Below, in pieces: positions 9,052-16,714 of a DNA stretch of 64,000 nucleotides (the stretch's first letter is position 1; every line of letters starts with the position of its first letter). The stretch is from an uncultured Solirubrobacterales bacterium (GTDB taxonomy: Bacteria; Actinomycetota; Thermoleophilia; Solirubrobacterales; 70-9). Location: contig CAWKNC010000001.1 in NCBI GenBank assembly GCA_963851045.1, positions 55,537 through 119,536 of the forward strand, read 5' to 3'. Under the pieces are notes generated by a model that was given only the letters and a program-made list of their open reading frames with translations, made no database searches and was not told the DNA's origin. Made by a program: the position numbers and the translations under genes.

Positions 9052-9909
9052 CTAGGCCGGGAGGGCGAAGAGCGCGATCGCCGCGAAATGCGCGGCTGCG
9101 GCGGCGATCACGAGGATGTGAAAGATCTCGTGGTAGCCGAAAACTGCGGGGCTCGGATCCGGCCGGCCGACGGCGTAGACGACCGCGCCGGTGATGTAGA
9201 GCGCGCCGCCGCCGGCGATCAGCAGGCCCGCGCCAATGCCCGTCTCGGCGATGATCGCCGGAAAGCCGATCGCGCCGATCAGCCCGACCGCGACGTAGAC
9301 GATTGCCGAGACCCACTTCGGGGAGTCGGTCCAGGCCAGCTCGACGATCGCACCGGCAAGCGCGCCGCCCCAGACCGCGATCAGCAGTGCGGTCGCAAGC
9401 GGGCCCTCCATGACCAGTAGCGCGAACGGCGTGATCGTGCCGGCGATGAGGAAGAAGATCATCGTGTGATCGAGCCGTCGCATCCAGCGACGGGACTCGG
9501 GGCGCTTCCAGTCGACGCGGTGATAGAGGGCGCTGACTCCCAGCAGCGCCGAAAGGCTTGCCGCGTAGATCGCAACCGCGAGGCGCGCCTCGGCGCCCTT
9601 CGCAAGCAGAACCAGGCCGGTGCCCAGCACGAGGGAGACGAAGAACGCGTACTCATGAGAGACGCCGCGCAACCGCGGCTTGACCTTGGCGATCTGCTCG
9701 GCCGCGACCGCCTTCGCATCGGCAACGGCCTCTGCGGCGGCATCGCGCGCGTCCGCAACCCTCTCGGCGGCGTTCCCGCGCGCGTCGGAGAACGCCTCGC
9801 GCGCGGCGTCGCGGCGCTCGCCCATCGCTTCCACGGCGGCGTCGCGGCGCTCGCCCATCGCTTCCACGGCGGCGTCGCGCCTCTCGTTGAACTTCTCTCG
9901 CGGACTCAT
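9052..9909 (-). CDS. hemolysin III / PAQR-family 7-TM protein with an N-terminal 11-residue repeat array
   Basis: The C-terminal 7-TM core has HR..W...RRLDH and HEIFH motifs typical of the HlyIII family. ATG at 9909 (MSPREKF) is chosen. The N-terminal 66 aa form six hendecad repeats. Confidence 0.85.
   Translation of the reverse strand: MSPREKFNERRDAAVEAMGERRDAAVEAMGERRDAAREAFSDARGNAAERVADARDAAAEAVADAKAVAAEQIAKVKPRLRGVSHEYAFFVSLVLGTGLVLLAKGAEARLAVAIYAASLSALLGVSALYHRVDWKRPESRRWMRRLDHTMIFFLIAGTITPFALLVMEGPLATALLIAVWGGALAGAIVELAWTDSPKWVSAIVYVAVGLIGAIGFPAIIAETGIGAGLLIAGGGALYITGAVVYAVGRPDPSPAVFGYHEIFHILVIAAAAAHFAAIALFALPA
9805..9870. repeat. perfect 33-bp tandem duplication inside the hlyIII-like gene
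   Basis: GGCGTCGCGGCGCTCGCCCATCGCTTCCACGGC occurs twice back to back (9805-9837 and 9838-9870), with a partial third copy from 9871. It encodes RRDAAVEAMGE twice. Confidence 0.95.
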
Positions 9910-10009
9910 TGGCTGCACTGAGAAGCGTAATCGGTGCGCCCGCCCGGCGGGCCGCATCGAACCCGCTCAGCGAACCCAATGCGGCCCGCCTCGGGGGTGG
10001 GGCGCGCTG

Positions 10010-10025
10010 CCACTACATCTAGTGT
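10010..10025. promoter_or_regulatory. NrdR box upstream of nrdR-nrdJ
   Basis: CCACTACATCTAGTGT matches about 13 of 16 positions of the NrdR-box palindrome acaCwAtATaTwGtgt as I recall it. Lies 45-60 nt upstream of the nrdR ATG. Confidence 0.55.
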
Positions 10026-10042
10026 CTTGGCTGAGGAGGAGA

Positions 10043-10058
10043 ACACCACTCCTAGTAG
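10043..10058. promoter_or_regulatory. possible second, degenerate NrdR box
   Basis: ACACCACTCCTAGTAG starts 33 nt after box 1. Tandem NrdR boxes are usually about three helical turns apart. Only about 9 of 16 positions match. Confidence 0.3.
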
Positions 10059-10069
10059 AATCACCTTCG

Positions 10070-10558
10070 ATGGATTGTCCGAGCTGCAACCGCGCCACGA
10101 ACGTGCTGGAGACCCGCCGCGCCGAGGATGGCGCGGCCACCAGGCGCCGGCGCAAGTGCCCGGCCTGCGGTCAGCGTTTCACCACCTACGAGCGGCGCGA
10201 CCGCGATCCGCTCTTCGTTCGCAAGCGCGGCGGCGAGCGCCAGCGCTTCGACCGACCCAAGTTGCGGGCGGCGCTGCTGCGCGCAACCCACAAGCGCCAG
10301 GTAAGCGCCGCCGACGTCGAGGCGCTCGTCGATCGGGTCGAGGTCGCGATCGAGGCTGACGGCGGGGAGCTCGGCACGGATCGGATCGGCGAGCTCTGCC
10401 TCCAGGGCCTGCGAGATCTCGACCACGGCGCCTACCTGCAGTTCCTCGGGACGTTGCCCTCGCCGAATGCGGAGTTTGCGGAATCGGCTGCGAAGAGTTC
10501 CGTCCGAGCCGGGCGGAAGAGTGCATCGTTACCCGCTCAAGCCGGGTCGAAGCCTTAA
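10070..10558 (+). CDS. nrdR: transcriptional repressor NrdR (Zn ribbon plus ATP-cone)
   Basis: MDCPSC...CPACGQRFTTYE zinc ribbon, then an ATP-cone (VRKRGGERQRFDRPKL). In-frame ATG within ORF 9680..10558. Confidence 0.9.
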   Translation: MDCPSCNRATNVLETRRAEDGAATRRRRKCPACGQRFTTYERRDRDPLFVRKRGGERQRFDRPKLRAALLRATHKRQVSAADVEALVDRVEVAIEADGGELGTDRIGELCLQGLRDLDHGAYLQFLGTLPSPNAEFAESAAKSSVRAGRKSASLPAQAGSKP

Positions 10559-10585
10559 GTAAGTCAGTTGGAGAGGAGTCTGAGG

Positions 10586-13438
10586 ATGGCGGAAATCGCT
10601 GCAAACAGCGCGAAAATTGGTCAGGATGGCCTGGTCTGCGAGCGTCGGCACACAACCCCGGGTGTGCACCCGTTCGACGAGATCGAGTGGGAGACGCGCG
10701 ACGCCGTCATCGGCGACCCGGCAAAGCCTGCGTTCGAGCAGTACGGGGTCGAGTTCCCGAAGAGCTGGTCGCAGAACTCCACCAACATCGTCGCGCAGAA
10801 GTACTTCCGCGGCCGCCTCGGCTCCGATGAGCGCGAGGGCTCCGTCCGCCAGATGATCTCCCGCGTCGCCGGCACGATCGCCGGTTGGGGCCGCGATGGT
10901 GGCTACTTCGCCTCCGATGAGGACGCCGACGCCTTCGAGGCCGAGCTCACCCACATCCTCCTCCACCAGAAGGCCGCCTTCAACAGCCCGGTCTGGTTCA
11001 ACGTCGGCTTCGAGGAGCGCCCGCAGTGCTCCGCCTGCTTCATCTTGAGCGTCGAGGACACGATGGAGTCGATCCTCGACTGGAACACCAAGGAAGGTCA
11101 GATCTTCCGTGGCGGCTCGGGCTCGGGGATCAACCTCTCCAACATCCGCGGCTCGGTCGAGCATCTCTCGAAGGGCGGCCTCGCCTCGGGTCCCGTGAGC
11201 TTCATGCGCGGCGCCGACTCGTGGGCCGGGACGATCAAGTCAGGCGGCAAGACCCGCCGCGCGGCCAAGATGGTGGTGCTCGACGTCGATCATCCCGACA
11301 TCGAGGACTTCATCTGGTGCAAGGCCAAGGAGGAAAAGAAGGCAAACGCGCTTCGCGATGCCGGCTTCGACATGTCGATCGACGGTGAGGGCTTCACCTC
11401 GATCCAGTACCAGAACGCCAACAACTCGGTCCGCGTCTCGGACGCCTTCATGGAGGCCGTTGAGGCCGACGCCGACTGGGATCTGCTTGCCCGCAAGGAC
11501 GGCGAGACGACCAAGACGCTGCCGGCGCGCGACCTGATGAACCAGATCGCCGAGGCGGCCTGGGCATGCGCGGATCCAGGCGTTCAGTACGACACGATCA
11601 TCAACGACTGGCACACCTGCCCTGAGTCGGGCCGGATCAACGCCTCGAACCCGTGCTCTGAGTACATGCACGTCGACGACTCGGCCTGCAACCTCGCCTC
11701 GATCAACCTGATGAAGTTCCGTCGCCCCGACGGCTCCTTCGACACCGAGGAGTTCGAGCACACCGTCGACGTCGTCTTCCTCGCGCAGGAGATCGTCGTC
11801 AGCCCGAGCTCGTACCCGACCGAGAAGATCGGCGAGAACGCTCGCGCGTTTCGTCAGCTCGGCCTCGGCTACGCAAACCTCGGCGCCCTGCTGATGAGTG
11901 ACGGAGTCCCCTACGACTCCGACGAGGGCCGCAACATCGCCGGGGCGATCACCGCCCTGATGACCGGCCGCGGCTATCGCAAGTCCGCTGAGATCGCGGC
12001 TGCGGTCGGCACGTACGAGGCCTACCCGCCCAACCGCGAGGCCCACAACAACGTCATGCGGATGCACCGCGAGGCGTCGTACAAGCTCGACGCCGACGGC
12101 GTTAAGGGCGACCTCGTCGCGGCAGCGCAGCGCAGCTGGGACGAGGCGGTCGAGCTCGGCGACTCACACGGCTATCGCAATGCCCAGGCAACGGTGCTGG
12201 CCCCGACCGGAACCATCTCGTTCCTGATGGACTGCGACACGACCGGCATCGAGCCGGACTTCTCGCTCGTCAAGTTCAAGGAGCTGGTCGGTGGCGGCTC
12301 GATGACGATCGTCAACCGCACGGTGCCGATGGCGCTCGAGACCCTCGGCTACTCACCATCGGAGATCGAGCAGATCGAGGCGTACATCAACGACAAGGGC
12401 ACCATCGTTGGCGCCCCCGGCCTGAAGGACGCGCACCTGCCCGTCTTCGACGTGGCGGTGGGAGAGCGCGCGATCTCGCACATGGGCCACATCAAGATGA
12501 TGGCCGCGGCGCAGCCGTTCCTCTCGGGAGCGATCTCGAAGACGGTCAACCTGCCGCAGACGGCGACGGTCGGCGACATCGCCGAGGCCTACACGGAGGG
12601 CTGGAAGCACGGCCTGAAGGCACTCGCGATCTACCGCGACGGCTCGAAGACCGCGCAGGCCCTGCGCACCGACGCCCAGAAGGACGCCGAGGCGGACGAG
12701 GGAGCGGTCACGGCCAGGCCGGAGCGGCGCAAGATGCCGCGCGAGCGCGAGTCGATCACCCACAAGTTCTCGATCGCCGGACACGAGGGCTACATCACCG
12801 CCGGCAAGTACGAGGACGGCTCGATCGGCGAGATCTTCCTCACCGACATCGGCAAGGAAGGCTCGACGCTGCGCGGGATGCTGAACGCATTCGCGACGGC
12901 GATCTCGATCGGGCTCCAGTACGGGGTGCCGCTCGAGACGTTCGTCAGGAAGTTCAGCTACATGCGCTTCGACCCGGAGGGCATCACCGGCAACCCGGAG
13001 ATCCCGTTCGCGAAGTCGATGCCCGACTACATCATGCGCTGGCTCGCCAGCCGCTTCATCGAGGATCTCGACGAGCTCGAGGACCTCGGCATCCTCACCG
13101 CGGAGGTGCGGGCGCGCAAGGAGGCGCAGCTGGCGATCTTCACCGACGACACCGCGGGCCCAGCGGCCCCGGCCGAGCCGGAGAAAAAGGCCAACGGCGG
13201 CAATGGATCGAACGGTCACACGAACGGCGGCAACGGACACGCCAAGGCCGAGACGGTTCACCAGCCCGGCAAGACGGTCGCCGCCGCCTCGGCGATGACC
13301 GACACGCCTCCGGTCCGCCCCGCCCGCATGATCGGCGGCGATCTCGGCCCGGCGTGCGAGCAGTGCGGCGGCATGATGCAGCGCACAGGCTCCTGCTACA
13401 CGTGCTCGAGCTGCGGTAACAACACCGGCTGCGGCTGA
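10586..13438 (+). CDS. nrdJ: class II (adenosylcobalamin-dependent) ribonucleotide reductase
   Basis: About 950 aa, with a typical NrdJ core (NPCSEY, SACNLASINL, TGIEPDFSLV) and a C-terminal CxxC...CxxC tail. ATG at 10586 follows a GGAGAGGAG RBS. Confidence 0.9.
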   Translation: MAEIAANSAKIGQDGLVCERRHTTPGVHPFDEIEWETRDAVIGDPAKPAFEQYGVEFPKSWSQNSTNIVAQKYFRGRLGSDEREGSVRQMISRVAGTIAGWGRDGGYFASDEDADAFEAELTHILLHQKAAFNSPVWFNVGFEERPQCSACFILSVEDTMESILDWNTKEGQIFRGGSGSGINLSNIRGSVEHLSKGGLASGPVSFMRGADSWAGTIKSGGKTRRAAKMVVLDVDHPDIEDFIWCKAKEEKKANALRDAGFDMSIDGEGFTSIQYQNANNSVRVSDAFMEAVEADADWDLLARKDGETTKTLPARDLMNQIAEAAWACADPGVQYDTIINDWHTCPESGRINASNPCSEYMHVDDSACNLASINLMKFRRPDGSFDTEEFEHTVDVVFLAQEIVVSPSSYPTEKIGENARAFRQLGLGYANLGALLMSDGVPYDSDEGRNIAGAITALMTGRGYRKSAEIAAAVGTYEAYPPNREAHNNVMRMHREASYKLDADGVKGDLVAAAQRSWDEAVELGDSHGYRNAQATVLAPTGTISFLMDCDTTGIEPDFSLVKFKELVGGGSMTIVNRTVPMALETLGYSPSEIEQIEAYINDKGTIVGAPGLKDAHLPVFDVAVGERAISHMGHIKMMAAAQPFLSGAISKTVNLPQTATVGDIAEAYTEGWKHGLKALAIYRDGSKTAQALRTDAQKDAEADEGAVTARPERRKMPRERESITHKFSIAGHEGYITAGKYEDGSIGEIFLTDIGKEGSTLRGMLNAFATAISIGLQYGVPLETFVRKFSYMRFDPEGITGNPEIPFAKSMPDYIMRWLASRFIEDLDELEDLGILTAEVRARKEAQLAIFTDDTAGPAAPAEPEKKANGGNGSNGHTNGGNGHAKAETVHQPGKTVAAASAMTDTPPVRPARMIGGDLGPACEQCGGMMQRTGSCYTCSSCGNNTGCG

Positions 13439-13571
13439 CCCGCGCCGACACCCCGCCTCCGTAGCCGACACCGAGCCGGTCGCGTGCGCAGCCCGGATGG
13501 CGTAACTCCGGGCGCAACCTACGGTTGATCCAAAGCTCAACCGGCGCTGCCGGCAACCAAGGAGGCACGCG

Positions 13572-14489
13572 ATGAAGAAGATTGTCGTTGGATACGACGG
13601 CACCGAGCAGGCTATGGACGCGTTGCATTTCGGCGCTGATCTGCGCCGCGCGACCGGGGCTGAACTGGTCGTCGCCCCCGTCGATGAGATCGAGCCCATG
13701 TGGGGCGATTTCAATCTCGAGAAGCTCAACGAGAACCGCAGCGAGTACTTCCGGCGGATGTTCGACGAGGCGGCCGAGCATCTGGGCGACTCCGCCTTTG
13801 AGCGCGTGGTTGCCTCGGGATCGGCCTCTGCGGCGCTTCATCAGGTCGCGGAGAACGAGAGACCCGACGTGCTGGTCATCGGCTCGACCCACCGGGCCGG
13901 CTCAGCCAAGGTTCTGCCGGGCGCAACCGGCAACCGCCTGCTCAGCGGTGCTCCCTGCGCGATCGCCATTGCGCCCAAGGGCTACGCAACAACGAGTTCC
14001 CAGGCGGGAGTTCGGCGGATCGGGGTCGCCTATGACGGTCAGCACGAGTCAGATCTCGCCCTGGACGCGGCCATCGACCTCGCCCGTCAGAGCGCCGCAA
14101 CGCTGCGATTGGTAGCGGTCAGCCCCAGCCCCGTTGATATCGGGCACGGGCGCGGTGGTGGTGGGAGCGCTTACGCCTTCGTCGACTACCTGGCCCGCCA
14201 CCTCGACGAACGCCTGGCCGAAGGGATGAGTCGGGTTCCCGCGGAGACCAGCAGCTCGACGGTGATCAGGCAAGGTCGGGTGGCCGAAGTGCTGATCGAC
14301 GAAGCCAAGGACCTCGATCTCTTGGTCATGGGATCTCGCGGGTACGGCCCTGTGCGCCGGGTCCTCCTGGGCGGCGTGGCTCATAAGGTCATGCAGGCCG
14401 CCCCGTGTCCCGTGATGGTCGTGCCGCGAAGCGCCGAAAAAGCAACCCGCAAGGCGGAGTCGCATCGGGTCACCGAGATCCTCGTCTGA
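13572..14489 (+). CDS. universal stress protein, tandem USP domains
   Basis: Two USP units. Each ends with G(S)xxxG...GS(V/T)...V....PV(M/L)VV-type motifs (LVIGSTHRAGSAKVLPG... and LVMGSRGYGPVRRVLLGGVAHKVMQAAPCPVMVV). Confidence 0.9.
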   Translation: MKKIVVGYDGTEQAMDALHFGADLRRATGAELVVAPVDEIEPMWGDFNLEKLNENRSEYFRRMFDEAAEHLGDSAFERVVASGSASAALHQVAENERPDVLVIGSTHRAGSAKVLPGATGNRLLSGAPCAIAIAPKGYATTSSQAGVRRIGVAYDGQHESDLALDAAIDLARQSAATLRLVAVSPSPVDIGHGRGGGGSAYAFVDYLARHLDERLAEGMSRVPAETSSSTVIRQGRVAEVLIDEAKDLDLLVMGSRGYGPVRRVLLGGVAHKVMQAAPCPVMVVPRSAEKATRKAESHRVTEILV

Positions 14490-14536
14490 CCGCCTTGCCT
14501 CGGCGTCCACCGCCTCGGTCAGCTGACCGGCCTCGG

Positions 14537-14941
14537 TCAGCTGATCGCGGCGGCGATGTCGAGGGTCGAGACGATTCCAACCGGGTCGCGACGCTCGTTG
14601 CGAACGAGTAGGTGAGATACGCGGTGCTCGGCCATTAGCTGAGCGGCGTGGATCAAAGTGTCGTCGTGGCGGAGGCTGATCGCCTCATTCGCCGCGATGT
14701 CCGCTGCGGTCAGGCCGTCGAAGTGCCCGCTTGCGACGGCGCTGACCAGGTCGAGCTCGGTGATCACCGGCGGCTCGGGCCGGTCGTCATCGACGACGAC
14801 AATCGCGTGAACTCTGTTTACCGCCATCAGCTCGGCCACCTGCGAAAGCGCTGCTTCTGGCCTACAGCTGACGATGCCGCCGTCGCTGGCTTCAGTCAGA
14901 ACGGAGTTTTTTAGTTGTTCGGTTGTCGTGTTCATGGCCAC
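14537..14941 (-). CDS. CBS-domain pair protein
   Basis: 134 aa with two CBS-like units (HAIVVVDD... and HLLVRNERRDPVGIVSTLDI). Confidence 0.85.
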   Translation of the reverse strand: MAMNTTTEQLKNSVLTEASDGGIVSCRPEAALSQVAELMAVNRVHAIVVVDDDRPEPPVITELDLVSAVASGHFDGLTAADIAANEAISLRHDDTLIHAAQLMAEHRVSHLLVRNERRDPVGIVSTLDIAAAIS

Positions 14942-15031
14942 GACACTAGGGGCGTTTGCGCGAGCGAAGATCAGCCCTCATTACGGAAACTCATCCGTAG
15001 TCAGACCGGACTCAAGAGCGTGTCGCGCCGC

Positions 15032-15622
15032 CTACTGAGGCTGAGGCGCCCGATGGTGCGCCACCCGCCTGGCCAGCGCTTTGGACCAGTCGATCCGCAC
15101 GAGCGCCACCAGGCCGATCAGCATCATCGCCTGAAGCGCGATTCCCATCGGTGAGGTGAGGGAGTCGCTGACCACCTGCCCCAATGATGCTTCGGCGGTT
15201 GCCGCGGCGCCGACGTACAGCGAGTAGGAGACGAGCCGGCCGGTGAAGAACGCTGCCGTCAGGGGTATGAGTCGCACGTTCACGAGGCCGGCCGCGATGA
15301 ACAACTGTGCGGAGGGCACCGGGGATAGCGCGAACAGGGCGAGCCCCCCGAAGGCCCAGCGGCGGTCACCCGCGATCAGCGCCTGGGCGCTCTCGAGGTT
15401 TCGCCGCCGCTCGAGGCTGAGCCGCGGGCGAAGTCGTCGCGCCGCTGACGCGAGCACGAGACGCCCGGCTGCTGCGGCAACGGCGCCCCCGATGACCATC
15501 ACGGGCCCCCCGAGGTCCGAGTTCAGCGTGAGCAGAACCAGGACGGACCAGGTCGGAGGGCCAAACGCCGGCAGGAGGTTGATCGCAAAAATGACCGCGA
15601 AGGCGATCAGGCACTCGGTCAC
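15032..15622 (-). CDS. polytopic membrane protein, tentatively VTT/DedA (YqaA-like) family
   Basis: Five or six hydrophobic helices. The INLLPAFGPPTW segment resembles the VTT-domain start. The family assignment is tentative. Confidence 0.5.
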   Translation of the reverse strand: MTECLIAFAVIFAINLLPAFGPPTWSVLVLLTLNSDLGGPVMVIGGAVAAAAGRLVLASAARRLRPRLSLERRRNLESAQALIAGDRRWAFGGLALFALSPVPSAQLFIAAGLVNVRLIPLTAAFFTGRLVSYSLYVGAAATAEASLGQVVSDSLTSPMGIALQAMMLIGLVALVRIDWSKALARRVAHHRAPQPQ

Positions 15623-15658
15623 GATGACCGCCGAGAAACCAGCCTGCTGAGAGGCCGC

Positions 15659-16582
15659 TCAGTGCGTTGCTGCCGCTGCCGAATGGCCCGGCTCACGGAC
15701 GCCGAGGGGATCCATGCCAACCCCGCGCGGGAGGACCAAAACGGGGCACGAGGCGCGCCGGACCAGCTTCCGCGTCGTGCTCCCGAGCATCGTGCGCTTG
15801 AGCGGGCCCCAGCTTCTCGAGCCGGTGATCAACAGATCGAACTCACCGCTCGCGCGGCCGAGGACATCGGCCGGGTCGCCAGTCAACACGCGGCTGGCTG
15901 CCTCGTGCCGGGTCGGGACTCGGCTGATGGCAAGTTTGAGCAGTCGTTCCTTCTCCTTCTGCTCGGCGTCTTCGAGATCCCCGGTTGCAATCAGTTCGAG
16001 GGCGGTCGCATACCCGTAGCGGGGATAGTCGGCCGCGGTGAGCACCGACAGTTGTCCGTTGCAGCGCTCCGCTAGCGCGATCCCGGTCTCGAGGGCGGTC
16101 CACGACTCCGGCGACCCGTCGAAGGCGACGGCGATCCGCTTCAGCCGAGAGTGCTCGCGGTCTGCGTAATCACGTGGCGCGATCACCACTGCGCGACGAG
16201 CACCGTGAAGAAGGGACTCGCCGACGCTACCGGCGAGCGTGCGCCCGACCGGCCCATGATGGGAGGAGCCGACCACGATCAAGTGCGCCGAATCGGTCTC
16301 CGCGACCTCGGAGAGGGCCGCGGCGGGGCTGTCGCTTGCAATCATCCGCGTCTCGACTTCGAGGTCGTCCATCTCGCGATAGACCACCGCGAAGCGCCTA
16401 TCCATCTGCGCGGCAAGAGTTTCCTCGGCGCCCTTCACGCCCATGAGGAGCTGAGGCCATGGCATGACGGTGACCACCAGCGGCTTGGCGTCCAGAACCT
16501 CCGAAAGCAACCTGCCGAGGGCGAGAACGTCCCTGCCGCCGTGCTGGGGGTCGAACCCCACAATGATCTCCCGTTTCATCAT
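15659..16582 (-). CDS. universal stress protein, tandem USP domains
   Basis: LIVVGSSHHGPVGRTLAGSVGESLLHGARRAVVIAP and LLITGSRSWGPLKRTMLGSTTRKLVRRASCPVLVLP. Strong GGAGG RBS before the ATG at 16582. Confidence 0.9.
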   Translation of the reverse strand: MMKREIIVGFDPQHGGRDVLALGRLLSEVLDAKPLVVTVMPWPQLLMGVKGAEETLAAQMDRRFAVVYREMDDLEVETRMIASDSPAAALSEVAETDSAHLIVVGSSHHGPVGRTLAGSVGESLLHGARRAVVIAPRDYADREHSRLKRIAVAFDGSPESWTALETGIALAERCNGQLSVLTAADYPRYGYATALELIATGDLEDAEQKEKERLLKLAISRVPTRHEAASRVLTGDPADVLGRASGEFDLLITGSRSWGPLKRTMLGSTTRKLVRRASCPVLVLPRGVGMDPLGVREPGHSAAAATH

Positions 16583-16714
16583 GCCTCCGCATTCGAGTGT
16601 CGATGGGGCACGCTACGACCGAGTCGGCCTCGCGTAATCCGCATCGAGGCCGCACCACACTGGGTAGCGACTACCGATTTAATGAATGGCATCCTCAGCC
16701 ATGGAGGCGCATGA

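Noticed and set aside
9910-10585. Possible cobalamin riboswitch associated with the B12-dependent nrdJ.
   Set aside because: There is no untranslated stretch long enough (160 nt before nrdR, 27 nt before nrdJ). No B12-box-like sequence was noticed. NrdR boxes explain the regulatory region better.
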